From contig DAITQH010000001.1 of the NCBI GenBank assembly GCA_036833175.1, positions 1 to 53,138 of the forward strand: a stretch of 53,138 nt of DNA, written 5' to 3'. The notes under the pieces are model-generated. The model was not told where the DNA came from. It saw nothing but the letters and a program-made list of their open reading frames with translations, and did not search any database. The position numbers were made by a program, and so were the translations under genes. Positions within the stretch are counted from its first letter, which is position 1. Every line of letters starts with the position of its first letter. Shown piece by piece: positions 15,110 through 23,809 of this stretch. This DNA comes from Candidatus Dormiibacterota bacterium (lineage in GTDB: Bacteria; Chloroflexota; Dormibacteria; Dormibacterales; Dormibacteraceae).

Positions 15110-16647
15110 TAGCCGGCGGTGGACGCGCTCTTGCCGATCATGTGGATGTTCTCCTCGAACATCTCGCGCAGCTTCTTCGCCTGGCGGTCATATGCCTCCG
15201 GGTCGGACCAGGTCGCGCGCGGATCCAGCACCTCCGTCGGGACGTCAGGCACCTGGTCCGGGATCTGCAGGCCGAACACCGGGTCGGTGTGCGTCGTCAC
15301 GCCATGCAGCTTGCCCTGGACCACGGCCCGCACGATCGCGCGCGTGTGGGCGATCGACATGCGCTGGCCGACCCCATAAGGTCCGCCCACCCAGCCGGTG
15401 TTCAGCATCCACACATCCGAGTTGTGCCGGTTGACCCGCTCGATCAGCATGTCCGCGTACCGCTCCGGCGGCAACACCAGGAAAGGCGCAGCGAAGCACG
15501 TGCTGAAGATGGGCTCGGGCTCGGTAACTCCGCGCTCCGTGCCTGCAACCTTCGCCGTGTAGCCGGAGAGGAAGTAGAAGCGGATCTGGTCCTGGTCGAG
15601 GCGCGCGACGGGCGGGAGAACGCCGTACGCATCCGCGGACAGAAAGATCACGTTGTTCGGATGCCGGCCGGTGCCCGAAAGCACGGCGTTGGGGATCAGG
15701 TCGACCGGATAGGCGGCGCGGGTGTTCTCCGTCTTCTCCTCGGAGTCGTAGTCGGGGATTCGCGTCCGCGGGTCGTAGGCGACGTTCTCGAGGATCGTGC
15801 CGAAGCTCTCGGTCGCTGCGTAGATCTCCGGCTCTGATTCCTTGCGGATGCGAATCGTCTTCGCGTAGCAGCCGCCTTCGAAGTTGAAGATGCCCGAGTC
15901 GCTCCAGCCATGCTCGTCGTCGCCGATCAACCTTCGCGAGGGGTCTGCGGACAGAGTCGTCTTACCGGTACCGCTGAGCCCGAAGAACAGCGCCACGTCC
16001 GAACCACCGCTGCCCACGTTCGCGGAGCAGTGCATCGGAAAGACACCTTCTGCAGGCAGGAGGTAGTTGAGCGCCGTGAAAACCGACTTCTTGATCTCGC
16101 CCGCGTACTCGGTGCCGCCGATGATGACGATCCGCTTGGCGAGGTTGACCAGGATGAAGGTCTCGGTGCGAGTGCCGTCGACCTTCGGGTCCGCTTTCAC
16201 CCCAGGCAGCGAGATGACAGTGAAGTCAGGCTCGAAATTCATCAGCTCGTCGGCATTCGGCCTGATGAACAGGTTGCGGGCGAACAGGCTGTGCCAGGCG
16301 TACTCAGTGACAACGCGAACGCGCAGCCGGTGACGGTGGTCGGCGCACGCGAAGACGTCCTGTATGAAGACGTCGTGAGTGGCGCAGAACTCGTCCATCC
16401 GCTCCAGAAGGGCGTCGAACTTGGCCGGGGCGATAGCCTGATTGGCCTCCCACCAGATGGCGCCCTGGCTGGTGGGCTCCTTGACGAAGAACTTGTCCTT
16501 CGGCGAGCGACCGGTGTGCTTGCCGGTCTCTGCGGTCAGGGCTCCGGTGGACACGATCACCGCCTCCCCGCGCCGGATGGCGTGCTCGTAGAGGGCGGCC
16601 GGGCTCAGGTTGCGGCGCTCGGCCGCGGGCTTATTCCAGGCGGGCAT
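15109..16647 (-). CDS. pckA: Phosphoenolpyruvate carboxykinase (ATP)
   Basis: 512 aa. Kinase-1a loop FFGLSGTGKTTLS and the GDDEHGW motif. Full-length ATP-type PckA pattern. Confidence 0.95.
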   Translation of the reverse strand: MPAWNKPAAERRNLSPAALYEHAIRRGEAVIVSTGALTAETGKHTGRSPKDKFFVKEPTSQGAIWWEANQAIAPAKFDALLERMDEFCATHDVFIQDVFACADHRHRLRVRVVTEYAWHSLFARNLFIRPNADELMNFEPDFTVISLPGVKADPKVDGTRTETFILVNLAKRIVIIGGTEYAGEIKKSVFTALNYLLPAEGVFPMHCSANVGSGGSDVALFFGLSGTGKTTLSADPSRRLIGDDEHGWSDSGIFNFEGGCYAKTIRIRKESEPEIYAATESFGTILENVAYDPRTRIPDYDSEEKTENTRAAYPVDLIPNAVLSGTGRHPNNVIFLSADAYGVLPPVARLDQDQIRFYFLSGYTAKVAGTERGVTEPEPIFSTCFAAPFLVLPPERYADMLIERVNRHNSDVWMLNTGWVGGPYGVGQRMSIAHTRAIVRAVVQGKLHGVTTHTDPVFGLQIPDQVPDVPTEVLDPRATWSDPEAYDRQAKKLREMFEENIHMIGKSASTAG

Positions 16648-16677
16648 CAGTAAACCGATGATAAGGAAATCGCTTGT

Positions 16678-18663
16678 TTACGCGATGCGGGCGCGGCGCG
16701 AGCTCGCTCGCCGGCGCTGCTTTCCACTGACGTAGTCGATCAGCACGTACTCACCGAGCCGGTCGGGCGAAACGAAGAACGCACGGCCCTTGTTGATACG
16801 AGTCATCTGGTTGATGAACTCGGTCAGGTAGGGCCCCCGCTCGAGCATGAACGTGTTGATGACGATGCGATCACGCGTGCAGCGCCTGACCTCGCGCAGC
16901 GTCTGCTGGATCGTCTGGAACGTCGGCGGATAAGCGAAGTAGGCCTTGCCGTTGTCGGCCAGGTGGGCGGTCGGTTCGCCGTCGGTGATCATGATGATCT
17001 GGCGGTTGCCTCGATGCTTCGCGAGCAGCGATCGCGCGAGCTGAAACCCGTGCTGCATGTTGGTCCCGTACACGTAGTCGTTCAGCGCGAGCTGCGGCAG
17101 CGTGTGCGGTTTGAGCTCCACGGCATAGTTCGAGAACCCGACGACGTAGAGCGAGTCGCGGGGATACTGGCTGCGGATCAAAGAGTCGAGCGCAATGGCG
17201 ACCTTCTTCGCGGCGAGAAAGCATCCGCGCAGGAACATCGAGCGGCTCATGTCGATCATCAGCACCGTCGACGCCTGCGTCACGTGCTCGGTGCGATGCA
17301 CGACGAAGTCCGCCGGGGCCATCTTTACCGGCACCTTCGGACCCTCCCGCACGATCGAGTTGAACAGCGTCTCCTTGAGGTCGAGCAGGAACGGATCGCC
17401 GTACTCGTAGCCCTTGAGCTCGTCGGAGGCGTCGTTGCCGATTCCTCCTCGCCACAGCTGATGCTGCCCCATCCGCGTCTTCTTGAGCTGGTCGAAGATG
17501 TCGCGCAGCGCCGACTGGCCGATTCGCCTCATGCCGCGCGGCGTTAGCTCCATGCGCCGGCCCTTGCGCTCCACGTAACCGGCCTTCTCCAGCACCTCGG
17601 TCAGCTTGCGGAGCTGGTCGAGCGACTGGCGCGCCTCGCTGCCGAGGAGGTCCTGTGCCAGAGAGCGGTCGACGTCGTCGGGACGGAAGCTTCCTCGCTC
17701 GAGCTGCGATTCGAGCCGGTCCATCTGCTGCAGGCGCTCCATCAGGCCCATCGCCTCGCCCATGCTCAGCGAGTCTTCCCCGAAGAACGGGTAGCGCTCG
17801 CTCAGCTCCGACGGCGGCATCATCGCCTGCATGAAACCGGACAGCCGCGCCAGCTCCAGCCGGAGCGAATCGTCCTGGAGCAGCGCGTCCATCATCTGGC
17901 GCAGCTCCTCGCGCGCCTCCGGGCTCATGCTCTGCAGCAGCGACTGCATCTGAGCCATCTGGCGCTGCAGGTGTTCGAGCAGCTCATCGAGGCTGTTGAT
18001 CCCTGGCGGGAACATGTCGCCGTATCGCTCCATGAAGCCGTTGAAGTCCGGCGTGCGGCCCTCCATGCGCTGCTCGAGCATCCTGTTCAGGTCTCGGACC
18101 ATGTCGCGTACCCGGGACAGGTCCTGACCCTGCATCTGCTGGATCGAACCCTTCATGCCCTGGAACATCTGGTCGACCATCTGCTTCTGCAGCTTCTGCA
18201 TGAGATCTTCGAACTTCTGCCGCGCCTCGTCGTCGACGAACTCGTAATCGTGGAGGCCCTTGACCCTGCCGCCAAGGTCGTCGGGCAGCCGGTCGAGCTG
18301 GTCGTTGCGCTGGCGGGCGATCCGGTCCATCAGCTTCTTGGCCTCAGGACTCTCCGCTTCGTTCTGCCTGCGATCGATCCCGCTCTTCTCCGTGTCGATC
18401 ACGTCCTGCACCTGCTCGCGCAGCTGCTCGACGGTGGAGTCGAGGTTGTAGCGGCCTAGCTCGCGCTCACGCGCCTCGCGGAGCTGCTTCAGCAGCTGCT
18501 CGAGACCCTGCATGTTCGGCGTGCCCCAGCGCAGCAACCGCTGCAGCGCGGCGTTGAGGTCGCCGTAGTTCATGAGATCGTCCGACAGAGCGTCGAGGAC
18601 ATCTCCCGCTTCGAGATCGTCCAGCTTTTGAGTGCCGTCCCACCTGGAGTACCGGAACTTCAC
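16678..18663 (-). CDS. von Willebrand factor type A (vWA) domain protein with long N-terminal coiled-coil region
   Basis: 661 aa with a GTG start (GTGA overlap with the amidase stop). N-terminus MKFRYSRWDGTQ. MIDAS-type DMSRS in VLMIDMSRSM...; IIMITDGEPT. Confidence 0.8.
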   Translation of the reverse strand: MKFRYSRWDGTQKLDDLEAGDVLDALSDDLMNYGDLNAALQRLLRWGTPNMQGLEQLLKQLREARERELGRYNLDSTVEQLREQVQDVIDTEKSGIDRRQNEAESPEAKKLMDRIARQRNDQLDRLPDDLGGRVKGLHDYEFVDDEARQKFEDLMQKLQKQMVDQMFQGMKGSIQQMQGQDLSRVRDMVRDLNRMLEQRMEGRTPDFNGFMERYGDMFPPGINSLDELLEHLQRQMAQMQSLLQSMSPEAREELRQMMDALLQDDSLRLELARLSGFMQAMMPPSELSERYPFFGEDSLSMGEAMGLMERLQQMDRLESQLERGSFRPDDVDRSLAQDLLGSEARQSLDQLRKLTEVLEKAGYVERKGRRMELTPRGMRRIGQSALRDIFDQLKKTRMGQHQLWRGGIGNDASDELKGYEYGDPFLLDLKETLFNSIVREGPKVPVKMAPADFVVHRTEHVTQASTVLMIDMSRSMFLRGCFLAAKKVAIALDSLIRSQYPRDSLYVVGFSNYAVELKPHTLPQLALNDYVYGTNMQHGFQLARSLLAKHRGNRQIIMITDGEPTAHLADNGKAYFAYPPTFQTIQQTLREVRRCTRDRIVINTFMLERGPYLTEFINQMTRINKGRAFFVSPDRLGEYVLIDYVSGKQRRRASSRRARIA

Positions 18664-19949
18664 CCAACCACGCTAGCAGGCCGCCAGCCACCCAGCGCCC
18701 TCTCGATGGCGTAGGCGGCGCGCAGGGCGACGTCGTCCTGCCAGTTGCGTCCCACGACCTGAACCCCGATGGGCAGGCCCTCGCGTGAGGTGCCTGCGCG
18801 GACCACCACGCACGGGTTGCCGCTGAGGCTGTACGGGCTCGTGTAGCTGTACATATTCGGGGCCACGACTTTGGAGCGGTAGAGGGGAGCGACGTCGGGC
18901 GCGACCGGGCTCAGGATGAGATCGAAATCGGACATGAAGCCCAGCATCTCGGTCCGGAACGCGTCCCACCGCTTGAAGAGCCGATCGTGGCTCATCCGCT
19001 TGTCGCCCCAGTACCCGAGCGTGACCTGGTGGGCCTCGTTTAGGGCCGGTGGCCGAGCCTCGGTCACCACGCACCCGGCGTCGGCGAGCGCTCGCGACGC
19101 GGACCGGACCACCGAGGCTATGGCCGGCGTGGGCCTGGCGATCCCGTCATCCGCGTACCAGGCAACCTTCAGGCCACGCAGCTTGGGCGTGCGCTTGGCG
19201 AGGGGCACCGGAACAACGCCCGAGTCGATCCCGTCGGGCCCGACCAGCACCGGCAACATCAGAGCAAGGTCGGATACGAACCGCGCCATCGGGCCAACCT
19301 GGCTGCGAGGATCGCTGAGGCCCCCAGGCAGCGCGTATGCGCCGGTGCTGGGGACGAGGCCGGTCGTCGGCTTCAGGGCGGCGATGCCGCAATAGTGAGC
19401 AGGCATCCGGATGCTGCCGCCGGAGTCGCTGCCGAGTCCGGCAGGCGAGCCGCCCGCGGCGATGATGGCCGCCTCGCCGCTACTGCTGGCGCCAGGCGAG
19501 CGGGCGATGTCGTACGGGTTGCGCGTGCCCCCGTGGAGCGAGTTCCAGCTGTCGCCGTCGACACCGCCGGGCGGGCAGAGCGTCTTGCCGATGAGAATTG
19601 CGCCCGCACCACGCATGCGAGCGACGACGGTGGCGTCGCGGTCAGGGATGTTGCTCCTCAGCATGCGGAGCCCGGCCGTGGTCGGCAGGCCTTCGGTGTC
19701 GAAGATGTCCTTGGCGGTGAAGGGAACGCCATGCAGCGGGCCGAGCACGGCCTTTCCCTTGTTCTTGCGGTCCGCGGCGCGCGCCTGCTTCAGCGCGCTC
19801 TCGCCGGTCGCGAAGACCACCGCGTTGAGCCGCGGGTTGACCGTGTGGATGTGCTCGAGGTGCGCTCTCACCACCTCGAGCGATGACACTTTCTTGGTCC
19901 GGATCGCGCGCGCCAGCCAGCCGGCCGGCGCGCCAATGATGTCTCTCAT
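18660..19949 (-). CDS. Amidase-signature (GatA-like) amidase
   Basis: 429 aa. Signature GASSSGEAAIIAAGGSPAGLGSDSGGSIRMPA. Confidence 0.85.
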   Translation of the reverse strand: MRDIIGAPAGWLARAIRTKKVSSLEVVRAHLEHIHTVNPRLNAVVFATGESALKQARAADRKNKGKAVLGPLHGVPFTAKDIFDTEGLPTTAGLRMLRSNIPDRDATVVARMRGAGAILIGKTLCPPGGVDGDSWNSLHGGTRNPYDIARSPGASSSGEAAIIAAGGSPAGLGSDSGGSIRMPAHYCGIAALKPTTGLVPSTGAYALPGGLSDPRSQVGPMARFVSDLALMLPVLVGPDGIDSGVVPVPLAKRTPKLRGLKVAWYADDGIARPTPAIASVVRSASRALADAGCVVTEARPPALNEAHQVTLGYWGDKRMSHDRLFKRWDAFRTEMLGFMSDFDLILSPVAPDVAPLYRSKVVAPNMYSYTSPYSLSGNPCVVVRAGTSREGLPIGVQVVGRNWQDDVALRAAYAIERALGGWRPASVVG

Positions 19950-19965
19950 TTACGGGTCAGTAACG

Positions 19966-20676
19966 TTAGACGGTGTCTCCCGGGTTGATATCGAGGACTT
20001 TTACACTCGGTCCGACCAGGCCCTGGAGCTCTTTCGGCCGGCCGGCGAGCGCCGGGAACGTTCCGAAATGCATCGGTACCACGGTCTTGACGCCCAGCAG
20101 AGAGACCGCCTTGGCAGCGCGGTCCGGGCCCATCGTGTAGAAGCCGCCGATCGGCAGGAAGGCCACGTCGAACTCGCCGAGCTCGGAGATGAGCGCCATG
20201 TCGCCGAACACGTCGGTGTCGCCGGCGAAGTAGATCGTGAAGCCGTTTTCGAACTCGATCACGAGGCCGCTGGCATTCCCGCCGTAGATGATCTTGTCGC
20301 CGTCCGAGATACCGCAGCTGTGCTCGGCGTGCACGAGCGTGACCTTGATGCCGTCGACATCGACCGTGCCGCCCGTGTTGATGCCCATGATGCTGCCGGC
20401 GTCAGCGCCATTCGATCCGAGCCATGCGCTGATCTCGAAGTTGGTCACGATCTTGGGCTTGGTCGCCTTGGCGATCTCGAGCGCGTCGTGGACGTGGTCG
20501 AAATGGCCGTGGGTGATGAGCATCAGGTCGCAGCGATCGACCTTCTTCAGGGCCTCCGGAGCAACCGGGTTGTTCATGACCCATGGGTCGATGTAGACGA
20601 TTTTGCCCTTGGCGCTGCGGACCTTCCAGGTTCCGTGCCCAATCCAGGTGAAGCTGACCTCAGCGTTCAGCGCCAT
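19966..20676 (-). CDS. MBL-fold metal-dependent hydrolase (UPF0173-like)
   Basis: Track ORF 19966..21024. The start is taken at ATG 20676 (MALNAEVSFTWIGHGTWKV...) with GAGGGAGG upstream. Motif LITHGHFDHV. Confidence 0.8.
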   Translation of the reverse strand: MALNAEVSFTWIGHGTWKVRSAKGKIVYIDPWVMNNPVAPEALKKVDRCDLMLITHGHFDHVHDALEIAKATKPKIVTNFEISAWLGSNGADAGSIMGINTGGTVDVDGIKVTLVHAEHSCGISDGDKIIYGGNASGLVIEFENGFTIYFAGDTDVFGDMALISELGEFDVAFLPIGGFYTMGPDRAAKAVSLLGVKTVVPMHFGTFPALAGRPKELQGLVGPSVKVLDINPGDTV

Positions 20677-21989
20677 GCGGTACCTCCCTCTCGATATCCG
20701 TGCCCATGGAGGCCGGCTCCGCCGGCCTCCCGGAAAACGCGATTCTCCCACACGCCCAGCACGAAGATTCCGATCGCCGCCAGGGTCCAGATGTTCGGGA
20801 AGATGAGATCGCACGGCGCTCGATAGAAGCCGAGCAGCAGTACCGCCAGCACCGCCAGCGACCCGTACCTGCGCCGCTCGATCTCGCGCACCACGAGCAG
20901 GAGCACGAGCGGAAGCAGCGGCAGCCACTGGTACGGCCAGACTTCGTTGGGAATCAGGGCGCCAAGCGAGAAGCCAAGCGACATCCCATAGGCGGGGTTC
21001 CAACCGCTGCGCCAGGCGGCCCACGCGGCGGCCGCGGCGAAAGCTAGCGCGCTCAGGTAGGAGAGCGCGAGCGCAACCCCGGGCAGGTGCAGCGGTGAGG
21101 TGACCAGGACATACCCCGTTGCCGAGGGTTGCGCATATTGCTCGCCGCCGATGGTGCGCATGAAGAGCGTTCGTACGGAGTCATAGGCGCAGTCCGGGTT
21201 GTGTGACCCCAGCGACGGGAGCAGCACGTGCTGGAAGTAAAAGACGGCGCCACCAAAACCGAGCGGCACAAAGCTCGCGACCGTGACGACCACCACGACG
21301 ATGGCCAGCGCCACCGCGTACCGAATGCGATGCTCCGGGCGCGGCCCGATCACCATCGCAGCCGGGTAGTACTTGAGGGCCGCGACAAGTCCCCCGGCCA
21401 CGCCGGCCAGCGCAGGCCGGCTGGCCTCGAGCGAGATCGAGGCCATCGCGCCCAGGAGCAGGATGCCGCCGCGCTGCCCGGCGACGACGTCGGAGAACAG
21501 CGGCGGAAAGTACGCCGCGACAAGCCAGAACGCGGGCCGGGCGAGCGGGTGTCTGCTCGCGAGCAACCTGTAGAGCAGCCAGAGCGCGAGCAGGAGCGCG
21601 GCCGTATCGATGCCGGCCCACACCTGGACCGCGATCGACTTGGGCAGGAGCGCCACCGGGGCGGCCAGCGCGGCCAGCGGCGGCGGGCTCACGAATTCGT
21701 TGAGGCCGCCTGGCGGGGCGATGATGTGGAACTGGGCGATGTACTGGGCCGCCGCGTCATACATGTGCGATGGCTCGGTCAGGTACGCATGTGCGCCTTC
21801 CCACATGCCCTCGGCGTCATAGCGAGTGGGCGTCAGGACGGTGAGGATCGCGACGCGCAGCCAGAAGGCGGCGGCGATCGCCCAGTAAAGGGCCGGCCGC
21901 GAGAAGACGTCCGCGGCCGCGCGGCCCAACCGCCCGATCAATCTGTCGGGGATCGCAGGTGGCCGCGTGCGCCGGCGCGTGGAAGCCAC
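20667..21989 (-). CDS. Polytopic membrane protein, GT87/DUF2029-like glycosyltransferase (second copy)
   Basis: 440 aa with a GTG start. RYDAEGMWEGAHAYLTEPSHMYDAA..., followed by many hydrophobic segments. Same architecture as 10884..12002. Confidence 0.6.
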   Translation of the reverse strand: MASTRRRTRPPAIPDRLIGRLGRAAADVFSRPALYWAIAAAFWLRVAILTVLTPTRYDAEGMWEGAHAYLTEPSHMYDAAAQYIAQFHIIAPPGGLNEFVSPPPLAALAAPVALLPKSIAVQVWAGIDTAALLLALWLLYRLLASRHPLARPAFWLVAAYFPPLFSDVVAGQRGGILLLGAMASISLEASRPALAGVAGGLVAALKYYPAAMVIGPRPEHRIRYAVALAIVVVVVTVASFVPLGFGGAVFYFQHVLLPSLGSHNPDCAYDSVRTLFMRTIGGEQYAQPSATGYVLVTSPLHLPGVALALSYLSALAFAAAAAWAAWRSGWNPAYGMSLGFSLGALIPNEVWPYQWLPLLPLVLLLVVREIERRRYGSLAVLAVLLLGFYRAPCDLIFPNIWTLAAIGIFVLGVWENRVFREAGGAGLHGHGYREGGTAWR

Positions 21990-22003
21990 CTCGTTTCCTT
22001 CAA

Positions 22004-22150
22004 GACCTGGTATGAGACCGAAGGCTGGCTGATTTGTAGCTGCTGCTCGGCGTGGCTGAAGCTGTTCAGGTCGGCGACTGTCTTGAACGTTCGCAATCGA
22101 CGCAGCGTGACGGTACGGTCGAGTTCCAGCGCAGGGCCGTACTCAGGCAC
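22004..22150 (-). pseudogene. Remnant of a LysR-type regulator (HTH domain only)
   Basis: Own translation of the minus strand: (V)PEYGPALELDRTVTLRRLRTFKTVADLNSFSHAEQQLQISQPSVSYQV, then unrelated sequence and a stop at 21938. It fits the LysR HTH pattern L..L..F..VA...SFS.A...L..SQP.VS.QI. No substrate-binding domain follows in any frame. It is divergent from the carboxyltransferase gene. Confidence 0.45.
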
Positions 22151-22171
22151 GGCGCCTACGATATATGCCGT

Positions 22172-23809
22172 ATGGCTGCCAGGAGACCAAAATCGCTCAC
22201 GCCAGTCCGCCGGACCACCCCAACGCTCGAAGGCGTGGAAGCACCGCACCGCGCGCAGACCACGGTGTCGGAACAGAAGATCAACCAGTACCGCAAGCGC
22301 CGTTACCAGGCGCTGCACGCGGAGACCGAGGCCGCCAACAGGCGTCGCGCGGCCGGCAAGGCGACTGCGCGTGACCGCATCGAGATGCTCCTCGACGACG
22401 GATCCTTCGTGGAGCTCGACGTGTTCGCCGCGCATCGCGCGCACGGTTTTGGCATGGACGAGCGGCGCATCTCCGGCGACGGCGTGGTCGCGGGTTTCGG
22501 CGAGATCGACCGGCGTCCCGTCGCTGTCTACGCCTACGACGCGACCGTTTTCGGCGGTTCTTTGGGCGAGGTCACGGCCGAAAAGATCGTCAAGGTCCAG
22601 GAGCTCGCCCTGCGCAACCGCGTGCCGATCATCGGCATCAACGATTCCGGCGGCGCGCGGATCCAGGAGGGCGTCGTGGCGCTCGCGGGCTACGCCGACA
22701 TCTTCCTCCGCAACGTGCGCTCGTCTGGTGTGATCCCGCAGCTCAGCGTCATCGCCGGACCCTGCACCGGCGGCGCCGTGTACTCGCCGGCGATCACAGA
22801 CTTCATCTTCATCGTCGCGGGCCAGGGATACATGTTCATCACCGGACCTGAGGTGATCCGCGTCGTCACGGGCGAGGCGGTCTCCTTTGACGAGCTGGGC
22901 GGCGGCGACGTGCACAACGCGACCTCGGGGGTGGCTCATTTCCTGCCCCGGACCGAGGAGGAATGCGCGGCGGGCGTGCGCAAGCTCCTGTCCTATCTGC
23001 CGTCGTCAAACGGCGAACGCCCCCCGTTCGTGCCCACCACGGACGACCTGGAGCGGGCCGACCCCGAGCTGCAGACCATCGTGCCGGAGTCCCCGAACAA
23101 GCCGTATGACATGCGCGAGCTCGTTTCGCGAGTGCTGGACAACCGCGAGTTTTTCGAGGTGCAGCCGTTCTTCGCGCCCAACATCATCGTCGGCCTCGGC
23201 CGGTTGGGCGGGCACGTCGTCGGCATCGTCGGCAATCAGCCGAAGGTGCTGGCCGGAGCGATCGACATCAACGCCTCGGTCAAAGCGGCGCGCTTCATCC
23301 GGTTCTGCGACGCGTTCGGCATCCCGATCATCTCGTTCGTCGACGTCCCTGGATACCTCCCGGGGCGCGACCAGGAGCACGGCGGCATCATCCGCCACGG
23401 CGCCAAGCTGCTCTACGCGTACGCCGAGGCAACCGTCCCGAAGCTCACCGTGATCACACGCAAGGACTACGGCGGCGCGTACTGCGTCATGTCCCCCAAG
23501 CAGATGGGGGCGGACCTCAACCTCGCGTGGCCGACCGCAGAGATCGCGGTGATGGGCCCGGAGGCGGCCGTGAACATCATCTACAAGCGCGACCTCGCGT
23601 CTGCGAAAGATCCTGCCGGCCGGCGCAAGGAGCTCGTGGCGGAGTACACGGCAAAGTTCGCCAACCCGTACGTGGCTGCGGAGCGGGGCTACATCGACGA
23701 CGTGATCGAGCCCAGCCAGACCAGACGGGAGCTCGTGCGGGGCTTGCAGCTCTGCCTGCGCAAGACGGTCGAGCGCCCGCCGCGCAAGCACGGGAACATC
23801 CCGCTCTAG
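22172..23809 (+). CDS. Acyl-CoA (propionyl/methylmalonyl-type) carboxylase carboxyltransferase beta subunit
   Basis: Track ORF 22052..23809. Motifs INDSGGARIQEGV, GPCTGGAVYSPA, FVDVPGYLPG and KHGNIPL. The start is uncertain: ATG 22172 lies just after an AT-rich TACGATATAT, and GTG 22265 (VSEQKINQYRK...) is the shortest start that keeps the conserved N-terminus. Confidence 0.9.
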   Translation: MAARRPKSLTPVRRTTPTLEGVEAPHRAQTTVSEQKINQYRKRRYQALHAETEAANRRRAAGKATARDRIEMLLDDGSFVELDVFAAHRAHGFGMDERRISGDGVVAGFGEIDRRPVAVYAYDATVFGGSLGEVTAEKIVKVQELALRNRVPIIGINDSGGARIQEGVVALAGYADIFLRNVRSSGVIPQLSVIAGPCTGGAVYSPAITDFIFIVAGQGYMFITGPEVIRVVTGEAVSFDELGGGDVHNATSGVAHFLPRTEEECAAGVRKLLSYLPSSNGERPPFVPTTDDLERADPELQTIVPESPNKPYDMRELVSRVLDNREFFEVQPFFAPNIIVGLGRLGGHVVGIVGNQPKVLAGAIDINASVKAARFIRFCDAFGIPIISFVDVPGYLPGRDQEHGGIIRHGAKLLYAYAEATVPKLTVITRKDYGGAYCVMSPKQMGADLNLAWPTAEIAVMGPEAAVNIIYKRDLASAKDPAGRRKELVAEYTAKFANPYVAAERGYIDDVIEPSQTRRELVRGLQLCLRKTVERPPRKHGNIPL

